A stretch of 46,180 nucleotides of DNA from Schmidtea nova (Eukaryota): assembly GCA_044892505.1 (NCBI GenBank), contig CM097883.1:358253821-358300000 (forward strand), written 5' to 3'. The notes under the pieces are model-generated. The model was given only the letters and a program-made list of their open reading frames with translations. It did no database searches and was not told the origin of the DNA. The translations under genes were made by a program, and so were the position numbers. Each line of letters starts with the position of its first letter. Position 1 is the first letter of the stretch. Of this stretch, positions 22,686-35,069 are shown piece after piece.

Positions 22686-25001
22686 ATTCTCACTGGTTAT
22701 TTTCGTTGACGCGTTTAAACAAAAGTACAAGGTCGAATTTTTCGATTTTTTGTAAAATAAAATCTTACTATTGATTTTACTGAAAAATAACATTTTTAAT
22801 TTACGTAAAATTGTATAAGAATTTATAAAAAGTAAATTTATTCTAAATCAAAGTTCTTACTAATGTACTACAATTTTCATTTAAAAAATCGAAAAAATCT
22901 CCTAGAAAAATATGTAAAACTTTTTCCTAATTTGTAATTAAATTCTGAAATTAGTGTTTTATGTTTTATCGTATATAATATACAGTATAACATTATTTAT
23001 AAACATTATATAAAGGTACAATTTATCGTATATAATATACAGTATAAACATTATATAAAAATTTAATTTTCATTAAAATCAAAAAAATTCGACTTAGGAA
23101 TTTTGTTTAAACGCATTAACGAGAATACCGAGCGAGAATTGATCAAGGATACCATCTTTGAGATTTAAATATGCGGGACAAAATCTCGAAATTGAAATAA
23201 AGAAAAAACACATAATTTGAATATTTCAAATATCCAATGTATATATATTATTATAATATTTATTATAGTCACAAATAATGAAAAAATAAAATAAAAAAAA
23301 ATTATAAAAAACTAAATAATAAAAAAATATATGCTTAATGAAAAATAAACAAATTAACAAAACATAACGAAACAGAAAAAAAGGAATACAACTGACGAAT
23401 GTACTTTTAATGTGCATTAATAATATTTAATTAAATTTTTACCTATTAAATAATTACTTGAATACTTTTTTTTATCATTTGTCTTTGACCACAAGGACGA
23501 GAACGACGAACTGTCATCACAATTCAAAAGTCCCAGTAGGCAATTTGTACTGCACAAAATATCCCAACTCGTGAATTAAAAATCCAAATTAAAACAAACC
23601 CCACCAAACAAAATAAAGTGACAATTTTCGTTACAGGGCTTGTAAAATTTTTAATTCAGACGTATAATTAATTTTGTTTTATGTGAAATTTTTTCAACTC
23701 GTTTTAGAGAGACGTGCGGAAAAATTAGTTTGCGCGTGGGACGCGGGAAATATCTTAGGTGTGTGGGACAATCCCACCTAGGGCGGGACAGATGGTAACC
23801 CTGGAATTTATAACATATATAATTATTGATTAGTAAATTAATAATTTGATTCTAAAAAAGCAAAAAATAGCATTTTTATATTTGAGATGGGGTAATAATT
23901 TAATGGAAAAAATATAGAAAAATTGAATATAAATAAATTTGATTTGCTGGATTTTGATTTGATAACAATTCTGATTGGTCGAACATTCACAAAGTGATTA
24001 AAAATCGATTTACCTCATTTATGTATTCGCACAATCCGCCAGTTGTCAATAAACGGGGATTGAAAAAGATTTTTGTGTCGCTTGGCAACTGGAAATTCAA
24101 TATGAAATATCCTAAATTTCCACTATCGAGCATTTACTTGATTAAAGAAAACAGATTCGTTGTAAATTTGGAAAATTCTCTTTGCCAAATCGAGTTTCCA
24201 ATATTTATAATTGAGTCTGAACCGTTCAGCTTCTTCATCTCGATATTTGTTATCGATTCCATTAAGGAGAGAATGAATGAAATTCAATTTCGCGTCGGAG
24301 TTCGGATTGTCAAGCTGTAAATTTGCAATGATTTCCTCAAATTTCTCAATTTTCGGAGGTCCAAAACAAGAAATCATCTGCGCATTTTCATCTTCTTCGT
24401 TCTCACTATCACTACTGAAAATGGAATTGTTTTCAGTCGATTTTTCTGCTTCTAATTCCTCTATTTGATTGGTTAATTCATCTAATGCTGTCTCGCAAAT
24501 TTCGTTTGTTTCTAACGGTGGCGTTTGCGGCAATTTTGGGAAAGAATCTAACCAGCTTTTTATGGAAGATATTTGTTAAAAATTCAAATTATTAATTTAA
24601 TATACTTTTGTACTAATAAGCTCTTATTTTCATCGAAATCTCCTACAAATTCGGTATTTTCTTTATCGCTTAAAGCAGAAGTGGATTTTCGGCTATCTTT
24701 CAATGATTTAACCGAGCTATTTTAATTTTGTAAAGAAAATCAATTAAGAATAAAAATGAAATTACTTATTAATAAATGAATTATTTATCAATTCGATTTT
24801 GTTTGGATTGTTAAAATCATTTATCGAAACTACATTAGTTGTTTTACTATTAATTATGTAACTTTTAATTGATTGTGACGGTTTATTGTTTTGGTTAACA
24901 GGTGTTTTTAGATAATACGGTACTTCGACTGAAGATGTGCTTAAAGAGTCACTGAAGGTAGCACAATCATTGGAAAACAAATCCTCTTCGTTGTTCGACA
25001 T
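17810..25001 (-). CDS. GCNA: GCNA/ACRC-like SprT-domain metalloprotease (germ cell nuclear acidic protein), about 463 aa
   Basis: Exons 25001-24766, 24716-24606, 24555-24138, 24088-24014, 18412-18113, 18061-17810; introns 49, 50, 49, 5601 and 51 nt with consistent phases. Acidic/Ser-rich disordered N-terminus, then FIHSL...[34 protein letters not shown]...IEIQLSPKI...HEMCH (HExxH)...HGPVW, a CKAC...CKKC zinc finger and a C-terminal [13 protein letters not shown]-like helix. The start ATG is inferred. Confidence 0.88.
22599..22682. repeat. (TA)n microsatellite, about 42 units
   Basis: Direct reading. It is preceded by CCGAGGTTAACTGTA, which resembles a pogo/Tc1-type MITE end. Confidence 0.95.
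22686..23139. mobile_element. Foldback MITE with imperfect TIRs of about 55-60 bp
   Basis: Left ATTCTCACTGGTTATTTTCGTTGACGCGTTTAAACAAAAGTACAAGGTCGAATTTTT vs reverse complement of the right end ATTCTCGCTCGGTATTCTCGTTAATGCGTTTAAACAAAATTCCTAAGTCGAATTTTT. TSD not clear. Confidence 0.75.
23144..23803. mobile_element. hAT-type MITE
   Basis: TIRs CAAGGATACCATCT and CAGGGTTACCATCT match at 12/14. The 8-bp TSD GAATTGAT / GAATTTAT matches at 7/8. Confidence 0.8.
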
Positions 25002-27579
25002 TAAAATGTTCAAATATTTCTCTGGAGCGATTATTAAAACAATTAAATTTTCAATTGAAAATTTTAAAAATTTTAACTTTTAATATGTAAATTAGTAAAT
25101 TTTATTTTTATTAATTTTTAATGTTTCTCATTTATTGGTATTAAATTTTCAATTTATAGTGCTTTATTTATAATTATATTTTAGATAAATTATAATAATA
25201 CACAATAACCAAAATGAATAAGTGGTCAAAACGAAGAAGGTTGTACAATGTCATATAATTTAATAGTTACTAGTAAACAAAATGACTTAGTTTTTGAAAT
25301 TAATCTCTATTAACAAAATTGTTTTGATACATTTATTTAAGTCATTTTGTATTAATATTTATTCAAAATATGATAATAAACAAATCATATTGGAAATTAA
25401 ATGAAAAATACTATAAAATGCAAAGGTTTTACAATTAAATAAGAAATACTTTCAGTAGAAAAAAATAAAAATTAAAAAAAGGATTTTGAATTGATTTCAA
25501 AAAATTATATTTTTTAAAATTTAATGGTCATTTTTAAAGTAAGTATGAAAACTCTGATATGAATATGATAGCCCAAAAAATCTTTATTATAATTGTTTCA
25601 TAATCGTAAATATTTTTTATCTGCACTTGCTTGCGCTAGGGTAGGTCTTCCAAAGAATGATCCCTCTTTCTGGCATGCTTACTTTCCAATAGCACTCTAA
25701 TCCCTCCGTTAGGAAAAACTAAACCCAACCAATTCTCGTTTAACATGTTTACTGTCGTGGGGGACACCGGTGACTCGACCAATAGTGAAAATACATAATT
25801 AAGGTAAACATCGACACTTATAAATTTTTAAATAATACAATTGTTTCTGTAATAGTTTGAAGAAATTAATGTCGTATAGAACATGTACAAATAATTTTGT
25901 TGGTTTATGGGCTGTTAAAAATTGTTGTTTCTAGGGATTACGGTGTTGGTCTTATTGGCTGTTAGGAAATTATTGTTTGTCTCTAGGGATTACTACAACC
26001 CATACCCCATCATAAATGTTAACTATCTCACTCGCGTACCAATAGTTACTCATTGGTAAACTATGTTGGTACTGTACATGGTGGCAAGAATCAAGTAAAC
26101 AGATGAACTTCGTTGCGAAAACTAATCCTCACTTAAATCTCTCTTTTGGGTTACTGCTGCTAATAGAATGACTTACGCCCTTGACTTTCAAAGGTCCTTT
26201 TACTTTAGTGACTCCTGACTTACTATAACACTACTTTATAATATTTAAAATCTATGCCATTGTTGGGCGAAAATTGACCAAATCATTTGTTAAAATGAAG
26301 TGGTAAAACACCATGTAGAGAGCGCACAAGAATTAAATTTAAAATTATGAGTTAAAACACCTAATAAAACATAGTAATCACAAATCACCAGAAAAATTAA
26401 AATAAAACAAGTTTAAAAATTAAACTGAACAAAAGTGCACCACGCATACGATTAAAAACACAATTATAACATTAAAACAGCAATTAAAAAATAAAATCAG
26501 ACATCAGAAACAATTTGCATATTTTTAGAAGGAATATTTCAATTTTTATCCTAAAAACTCATAAAATATAAAAGAATATTGTTTTAGATAAAAATTTAGT
26601 ATATTAAATTAAATTAGAAAAAAATTATTTAAAGTTTCAAAAGAATTTTATACGAAAATAATAATTTAATCTTGCTTAAAATTATTAAATTTAATTTTGG
26701 AAGAATCGAAAATTCTTTCTAAAACAATTTTTTTGAATTATCAACGAAAACAACAGGCAAAACCTGATATAAATACCACCATCAAAATCATAAGTATCAG
26801 ATTTTGAAAATTACTAGCTAGTTGAACTTTTGAGAGGCAAGCCCCTAGAAAAATCTTTGAACGCCGGAAAGCCAATTGGGAACCGAATCAATATTACGAT
26901 AGTCCTTTCCGAATATTTACTTTCGCAGAAGACGGACGAATCCAACATTAATAAAAAAATTTAACCCGACCAGAAGATTCAAAATAGGTTCGTGAGATCG
27001 ATATCAAGTAGATTACGAAATTTATTGACAGAATATCCCCCAAATCTAAGGATTTTTGATTATTCGCGCATGAGTTGATGATTCATGCCCTCTGATAACT
27101 CATGCGAGGTATTTTAGGTCATTTTTTATTATCATGCTCAAATAATTTAATTTATTGTTATAATTATCATGGTTATTATCATATGGTTAATAATTATATT
27201 TTCGTTTTGATATTATTTTTGTTACTCTAGTCATAATTCCCCATCAAAGCTATTATAATCCTTAGAGGATATTATATTTGCATTATATTAAATAAATTAA
27301 TTTTGCTTCTATACCATTTGACGTCGTTCAGTGCCCGCGCTGTCACGACTAAGTAGCCTAGGTGGATCTCTGTTCGGTTAAGGTCCATGTTTCTATCTAA
27401 GGTGATGCCCACACATCCATGATCAATTCATCCTATACATTGATGTTGGCTCATTATCAGCCAGCAATTCAGAAACTGCATTGCTTAATGTTAATAGAAA
27501 AGATGTTGCTCAAAATGAAACAGAAGTAGGCCTTGTTGTACCTGAAAATGAGCTAGCAATTCCATCTGCCTCTGATTCC

Positions 27580-28110
27580 GATTCAAATACATCTTCAGGT
27601 ACAGAAAAGAATGAAGAAGCCATGGAAGAAAGTCGATTTGATTTTGATAATCCAGCCAATTAGCCAAATGTAATAGATGATGCCATTCAAGTTGAACTTG
27701 TAAAGAAAGGCTCAGTAAAAATCACAGAGTATGACTTTCCTAAAAATGAATCACAAAACAATCGTTGTTTTAAGGAAACATATTATAAACGAAAACTCAA
27801 AAATGGAGAAGAAGTAGTGAAAACATAGTTAGTCCAAAAATAGCGATGCCGTCTACTGTTTATTTTGTAACTTGTTTTCAAACAACAAGATTGCTTTGAA
27901 AGAAAATGGTTATAGTGACTGAAAAAATATTTCATGCCATTTTCTGAGTCACGAGTGATCTCCAAAGCATTGTGAGAGCGTTAGCAGGTGAGCTATATTG
28001 AAAATAAGGTTAAACGAAGTTCTAACTATTGACAAACAAAATCAGAGGAAAATAAATGCGGAAACAATACATTGGCAAAACGTTTTTGAAAGATTGCTCG
28101 GTCTCACAAT
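27580..28110 (+). pseudogene. hAT transposase N-terminal relic (ZMYM1-like/TTF zinc finger)
   Basis: Across stops and frameshifts: NPAN*P...ELVKKGS...FPKNE..NRCFKETYYKRKLKNGE and SKNSDAVYCLFCNLF, matching the hAT TTF-type zinc-finger region. It ends where the minus-strand Gypsy relic begins. Confidence 0.75.
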
Positions 28111-30756
28111 TCCAGCTCTTAATTAATCTTGTAACATGTGGTCAACCTCTTCCTCCAGACCTAATGGTACCTTCCTCGATTAAAAAGCAATTGGCCGAGC
28201 ATTCCCACTGGGAACTTCCCAGTATCAATTTCCTGATGTACTGATGTACTTTTCTTTATATCCATTTTATATTTACTAAAAAGATCCTTATTTTCTTCTA
28301 TTGTTTTCATTAACTCCTTTCTTTCGCTGTAATTAATAGTACGATCAAAAGGATCTTCTATACTTCGTAATATTTTATCGACTGCCGTGATTTTTCTCCG
28401 CTGTTCTAATGATGACATACTTCCAATAGTAGCCTTTTCTGCGGTTTTATTATAAAATCTTTCTATATAACCTAAAGTTGTTCCTGCATGCAACTGTTTA
28501 ATATCACCTTCAATCATATCGAATTTGGTAATATACATCCTTCATCAACTTTAAGCACGTAATCACTTATCAAAATTTCTCTCTCTGCCATTTCAACTCT
28601 TTCACCATTAAACACACAATTTTGATTAAGATTTTTTAATCTCTTGTTCTCCTTATCTATTGCCATTCTTCTGATAAAATACTCTCCGACTGTTTCCATC
28701 TCTACGTTACTCGATACAATAACTCTATAATAATCCTGATAACCGTTCCCCCAAGTCTCGTCTCTCCCTTCAACCGTATTACGACTCTCTAATACAGTTG
28801 GGATTCGTTTAAAGAAGCCGCTGGAATAGGGTTTGATAAGAATGTCAACCTAATTCCTTGTATCTCTATGCAGTCTTCTGGTGTATTAATGACAATCCCA
28901 TACTTCTTCATACTTCTTATCCCGATATAAACATGTGGGAATATATTTGGCATAATGTCAAATACATGACTTGTCACAATCGGTCCTATTGCTATGTTTA
29001 GCTGGATTTTACCTGCACATTCGATTGAGCTTTGATTAGCACATGTAACTCTTGTTTTTGAATTATGCACCTTTATGTTTGGATTTGCGTTTATTAGTTT
29101 ATCTGTCAACTGCTAGCTAATAACATTTAAATCTGCACCCGTATCAAACATAACTTTAGCCTTCTGATGTCTAATTTAACATTCAGTTATTGGTTTATTC
29201 CGCGCTTTTTCCGGTCTGCTACTGGAGATAACTGTAGACTGGTATTTTTTAAACTGTTTCTTTGGTTTTCCCCTTGACCGTTAATATAATTTGCATATTT
29301 TTCTTCTAAATTTTCATTTGGTCTCTTCGTCCCTTTAGCAGACCTTACTTCTGTTATAGTATTTATATGCTTGTCACTTTCAGAATCGGTCTTTGATCCT
29401 CTCGCTGAACCTTCCTCTTTCTCTCCATCTTTTTCTTGGAAATATCTGAATTTATTCCTCTTGTCACAATATCTAGCCAAATGATCACCACCACATTCGT
29501 AACATTTATTGGCATTCATTCTATTTGTAACTATTCTGCAATTCGCTGCTATATGTCCCGTTTTTTCACACTTATAGAACGTCCTTGTATCAATGTTTCC
29601 ACTGCCATCTTTTTTAAGGCAAAATCTTACTATATACCCTTCCTTGTTACATTTAAAACATGTAACCTTTTGCTAATCGGAAGAAATATATTCTCTTACT
29701 TCTCTCTGATTTTTATTCGGTTTTCTCAATTGTTCCTTCCTAAATTCTTCAATAATCTTGTTCAACCTGTCAATTTCTCTTTGTAAGAAATTTATTGTCC
29801 CTTCGTCCGTTGTCGCCAGTTTCCGAACTTGATTATACTCGTCTCCCTTTTATTTTACGCGCACATGCTCCATTTTCATCTCTTCTATAGCTTCTTCCAA
29901 CGTTTTTGGCTCTCTGATTTTCAAGGCAACCGAGAGAGTTTGGTTTCTTACACCTTCTATAAAGGCATGTATCATCATTTCTTCTTTTTCTCCTTCGTAA
30001 CTTAGGCATCGCATTCTTACTCTTTTTGCAAAATCTACCACAGTCTCATCTCTTTCCTGTCTGGTGTCGTCGATGATATCTATAATTATTGGGGTCTTTG
30101 ACCTTTTAACCACTACGATTTTGAGAATCCTTTCTTCGTACCAGTCTATGGTTCTGGTTGTGCTAATGTCTCTTAAGCATTCGATCTATTTTCCTATTTC
30201 TTCGTCAAAGTATTTTAAAAATACTTTAATTTTTTCTTCTTCCGTTACCAAGTCGTGTTTGGCAAACTGATAAATAAAACTTTTGAAGAGAATTAAATGA
30301 TCTTCAATTTTAACGCTGGTTCCTGGCTTCTTGAATATAATCAATTTTGATAACTTATCTTTAAATAAGTATTCCTGCAAGTATTGTTTTTCAGTTCGTG
30401 ACACCATGTTTTATTTTTATGGCTATATCTGAAATCTGTAACTGATTAAAAATATAATAATNNNNNNNNNNNNNNNNNNNNNNNNNNNNNNNNNNNNNNN
30501 NNNNNNNNNNNNNNNNNNNNNNNNNNNNNNNNNNNNNNNNNNNNNNNNNNNNNNNNNNNNNNNNNNNNNNNNNNNNNNNNNNNNNNNNNNNNNNNNNNNN
30601 NNNNTTAATTCACAAAAGAAAGAAGCAAATTCAAAAATAGCAGTTTTTACTAATATGAAGATCAAATCAATTCCGTACATTCAAATCGCAATGCAGAAAC
30701 ATTTTTATTTAAATAAATTTTTATTATTGTAAGTAATTAATTCTAGTGTTACTACA
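28110..30756 (-). mobile_element. Ty3/Gypsy LTR retrotransposon relic: 5' LTR, PBS, gag, protease and pre-RT linker; 3' part lost
   Basis: Gag with QERDETVVDFAKRVR and three knuckle-like motifs (CFKCNKEGYIVRFC, FYKCEKTGHIAANC, CYECGGDHLARYC). Protease AKVMFDTGADLNVIS...YIGIRSM. Linker SERKELMKTIEENKDLFS...HQEIDTG. Multiple stops and frameshifts. Confidence 0.9.
30399..30756 (-). repeat. 5' LTR (TGTAGTAAC...AAAACA, 30756-30407, contains a gap) followed by PBS TGGTGTCA (30406-30399)
   Basis: TG...CA termini are immediately followed by TGGTGTCA, complementary to the 3' end of a tRNA-Leu type primer. The first 150 bp have a second copy at 34352-34490. Confidence 0.7.
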
Positions 30757-32425
30757 ATTGGTTTCAGAAATGACAGCTTTCACAAATCATCAACGGAACA
30801 AAATAAAATTTCTATTCAAGTTATCATGAACATTTCCTGTCATCTCATCAAATAAATGTTATGCCTTCATAGACAAATTTCAATAGGGAATAGTTTACCC
30901 TTAACAATTGCAAAATTCACAGTTTCGTTGCCTCTTGGATCCCTTTAATATTCTACATCCCAGCAACAGTTAATAACACAACATTAAGGAGATAATGGCC
31001 CTTTGGCGCACTTCAAAATTCTGCCCACCCCCCTTAAAAAATGTTCTCTGCGTTTACGGGCTACTATGTGTTTTCTGGCCTTTTTTGTATTGGAAATTTA
31101 TTGTTGGTCTTTTGTACAGGTGCGTTAGCGGGCCATTATGTTTTTTGGTCGATCTTTTGAATTGGAAAACTTTTGTCCGTCTTTTGTATAGGAAATAATT
31201 TCGTTACAGCTTAAAAAGGCTCTCAGTATTTTGCACAGAAATCTTTGGTCTGGTATTTTTTCACAGGGAATTTTGGTGTCAGTATTTTTGAATATGATTT
31301 TCTACTCCCACAATTTCTCGGGCAAAAAGGGACTCTGATTATTTTAAACCGAAATAAAGATTTTAATGGTAAATAAAAACATGTGTAAATTTTTTAAACA
31401 AGTAAAATAGATAGAAATTATTTTGAATAGGATTTTCAATTCCCACAATTTCTCAGGCAAAAACGGACTCTGGTATTTTTGAACTAAAATTTTAAATAAA
31501 GATTTAAGAAAAGGGTATTAAACACGTGGTTAAATAGGTAAAAAAACATTGAGAATTTTACAAAGACAAAGGAATGACATAATATTTAAAATTTAATATA
31601 AAAAGGGTAAAATTAAGGCAAAGTCAGAGTTGAAATGACATAATATGGAAATTGTATAAAAATTTTATTCTAAAAAATTTTACTTTAAAAATTTTACTTT
31701 TAAATTTACCAACTCCAAGATTTCCCAAAAAATTAATTTTAAAATTTATTACGCAACTTACCTTATCCAATCAGCATAATATGGTCAATCAGATTCATCC
31801 ACAGCCCCAACAAGTCGTTTACATCAGCATTATTCATAACCCCGGAGTGTCCTTGCCTCAACATCATACTATTCAACCACAATTTACTCTCATTTCATCG
31901 GATAATCAGAATCATTCTCAATTATTATCGGCTCCATTTCCCATTTGCAGCAATAACACTTCAGCCCATATCATAAACCCAGTTGCCGTGGCACATCCCG
32001 ATCATAGTCAAAATCAACAATACACAATTAGTCGACAACCTCCCGTAGAAATGTCGATATTCTCTGTTGCTACTCCGTGCTGATTGTTATCAGCCTCTAT
32101 GACAACTGCCGAAGTTATGAACTCATTCAAACAACAACATCAAATATCTCAACCGAACGACAATAGGTTCACCAATCCAAATGATATGGCAATAAGTATC
32201 ATTTATTATATTTCTATAAATAACATTTTATTTATATTTATCATAATTTTATATATATTATTAAATAAATATTGTTCAATAAATATTATATTATTTAAAA
32301 TTACCCTTCCCGAATTTTCTATCCCACCTCTCTTCCGCCCTTTAAATACAAACAACACACATAATCCTAACCAAGATCCGACACGCAATAATGATTCTTT
32401 CCCCCAAACCACACCGATACTACCT

Positions 32426-34236
32426 GATTATATCCTCACGCGTTTTAATAACAGAATACGGGAAATCGTCATTACCTCTGATCTACACACCTACATTGCC
32501 ACATCGCTTCGCATTGACAAGACCTCATTCTACGTGTCGTGCAATGGTTCTTTAGTCTCTTCTTCTACCCAGCTGCAGTCTAATTTAATCTTAGACATCA
32601 ACTGTCGCATCCTAGGAGGCGTTAGAATCACAACAGAACCATCTTCCTCATCCGGATTCCGCTCCATTCTGTTTTTTTCTGGACCTTAGACGGTACACCT
32701 TCTTCGTGGTTTCGGACCTTTGAAGCGCGTACGTCTTACTCTCCAAAGTCAGGAGCAGATTACCTTCTCGACAGTTTACCTGCTGAATTGATAGCCAAAC
32801 TAGCTCCGAAAATCGCTGATGCTCTTGATGCAGGAAATCAATATGAAAGCCTATAACATTTAATTGCGACCAAATACACTTCTTCACAGACCCAAGCTCT
32901 GCAAAAACTATTGGCACCACAGATTTACTCTGGCCAACAACCTAGTCTCATTTGGGAGAGATAGTTCGTTTAAACGATGCGACAGTACCCGGTCTTTCTA
33001 AAAACACACCTTTATTGATCCACCAATTCCTTTCTGCACTCCCCTACCATCTATAAACTTCGCTGGCATTGGTTGAATCTGAAGATCCATATAACCTCGC
33101 GAAGATCGCTGACTGCATTCATGCACTGCAATCACATAAACCCCGCGCAGATATTTACGCAGTACCTCCTCTACCCCCCGTTAACGCAGCGCATACACCT
33201 CACCACCCTTTCCCTCGGACAGTTGAAAGATATACCAGCAACACATCTCCATCACATGATGCACAGCATCCCAATCACTTACCAACAACACGCGCACAAA
33301 ACATGCAATCGAATAACAGCGCCAAACTAATCTGCTTTTATCATAACAGATTTAGACAGCATGTACAGAAATGCTGCATTGGTTGCATGTCAGAATTTTG
33401 CTCCCATCAAATCCAACCATTCCAGTTTGTATCCATCATCCCCTCTTCAAGAACGATGCCAGATCGTGCTATGACGAATGCACATGGCGCACAAGCAACT
33501 ACCTTCCACCGAAAAACAAATCAAGTCATCAAATATTTTTGGACGCTCCAAAGACTACCCGCCAGTGAATTCTCTTTTTCACAGCCAACCACGTCCAACG
33601 AATATAAGATCAACTCCGCCAGCTAGCACCATCTTAGAAACAACCGCTACCCTCTCCACAGTACTATTTTCTCACACAACATCACCACCAATATCAGCAC
33701 AAGCACCAACATCAGAACAAGAACCAAACAGCACACCTTGCACAACACTAACAAAGACATCACCCAGCACACCACACCAAGCACCCCCCACATCACTACC
33801 AGAAGAAGCATTCACAATACCATCAACAACACTACTAACAATATCACAAGCACCACTCATCTTTTCCGAATACAAAACCCGCACAGACTACACACACATT
33901 CTACTACAGCTGCCAATAACTGCATTTCCATCATCACTTTTACCAACACCCATCGTCACCATAAACAAGGCAACCCTATCTACACTAATTTTACCCAAAA
34001 CTCCCGGAAACTTCACGATCAACGCTGAACTGTTTGAAGAATACGGCCAGTACAAGCAACGCACTATAACACTCCTTATAGACACAAGCTCGTCATATTC
34101 AATACTACCTACCACCTTCATCGCAGACACACCTTGCTCATCCTCCGCCCTAGCTGCGAACGGTACACACATACTGCTCTCCGGTACTAAAACAATTGAG
34201 TTTCGCCTTCTAAGTTTATTTTACTCCGACCCTTGA
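32426..34236 (+). mobile_element. CsRn1-like Gypsy relic with an N-terminal ubiquitin-like domain, gag, Thr/Pro-rich spacer and protease
   Basis: Ubl 32426-32620 ends RILGG. Gag reads FWTLDGTPSSWFRTFEAR...LLDSLPAEL...QALQKLL...PYNLAKIADCIH, knuckle CFYHNRFRQHVQKCCIGC. Protease ITLLIDTSSSYSILP...LAANGTHI. Stops and frameshifts are present and there is no RT. Confidence 0.8.
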
Positions 34237-34351
34237 ATACCGTTTTGTGCTTTTCCCATACGCTCCACGTACTTCGGCGGGGCTATTGCAGTGCCTTCGT
34301 CATATATATAAAAAATTAAATATTGATTATTTATAAAATAATTAGTACGTA

Positions 34352-34490
34352 TTAATTCACAAAAGGAAGAAGCTTATTCAAAAATGGCAGTTTTTCAAAT
34401 CAATTCCGCACATTCAAATCGCACTGCAGAATTCTTTTTTATTTAAATAAATTTTTATTATTGTAAGTATTTCATTCTAGTGTTACTACA
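34352..34490 (-). repeat. Second (solo or partial) copy of the LTR at 30407-30756
   Basis: Aligns with 30605-30756 apart from one indel of about 13-14 nt. Similarity stops just after the shared TGTAGTAAC terminus. Confidence 0.75.
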
Positions 34491-35069
34491 ATACCTTTAT
34501 GTGATATCAATAATTAGATAAAAAAATAAAAAAATAAGACCACAATAATACTTCAAAACTTTATTAAATTAAATAATTCTGCCAACTCTTAATATTTAAA
34601 CAACTTCAACTTAATATTTAAAATATAACTAATGCATATAATCAATTCATTAATTATATCACATTTCTAGATAATTTTTTTTCATTTAATTAATTTTTTT
34701 TAAAAAGGTATTATTTTATTTTTATTGAAAATAAAATTCTATTTTTACGTAAAATTTAAATCTTTACTTTAATAAATTTTATTTATTTAGAAATATATGT
34801 ATAAGTATACACTTGGTAAGGACTGTGTCGAAATCTCGTTAACCAATAACCAAAATAGGTCAATCCATAGTCTTACAAATATTAATATAAAAATTATCGA
34901 AATAAAAAAATGAGATCAAATTTGAAACCAAAAGAAAATTATGATAAAAATATGTTTATTAGATATATATATATTATAATATAAAATAAATAAATAAAAA
35001 TCAACCGAAACTGAGATATAATAAATAAAAATGCTTAATTTAAATCATCTGATATGAGAAAATTTTGAT

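Noticed and set aside
22472-22793. ORFs with (IY)n repeats
   Set aside because: These are translations of the (TA)n microsatellite.
33371-34172. Overlapping alternative-frame and antisense ORFs (33371, 33672, 33738, 33888)
   Set aside because: The C/A-rich, stop-poor composition of the retroelement explains them, and they contain no recognisable motifs.
34255-34300. Hammerhead-like AUGACGA-A-GGC...GCC-GAAG on the minus strand
   Set aside because: Two core positions are wrong (A3 without compensation, GAAG instead of GAAA) and there is no convincing stem I. It may simply be LTR sequence.
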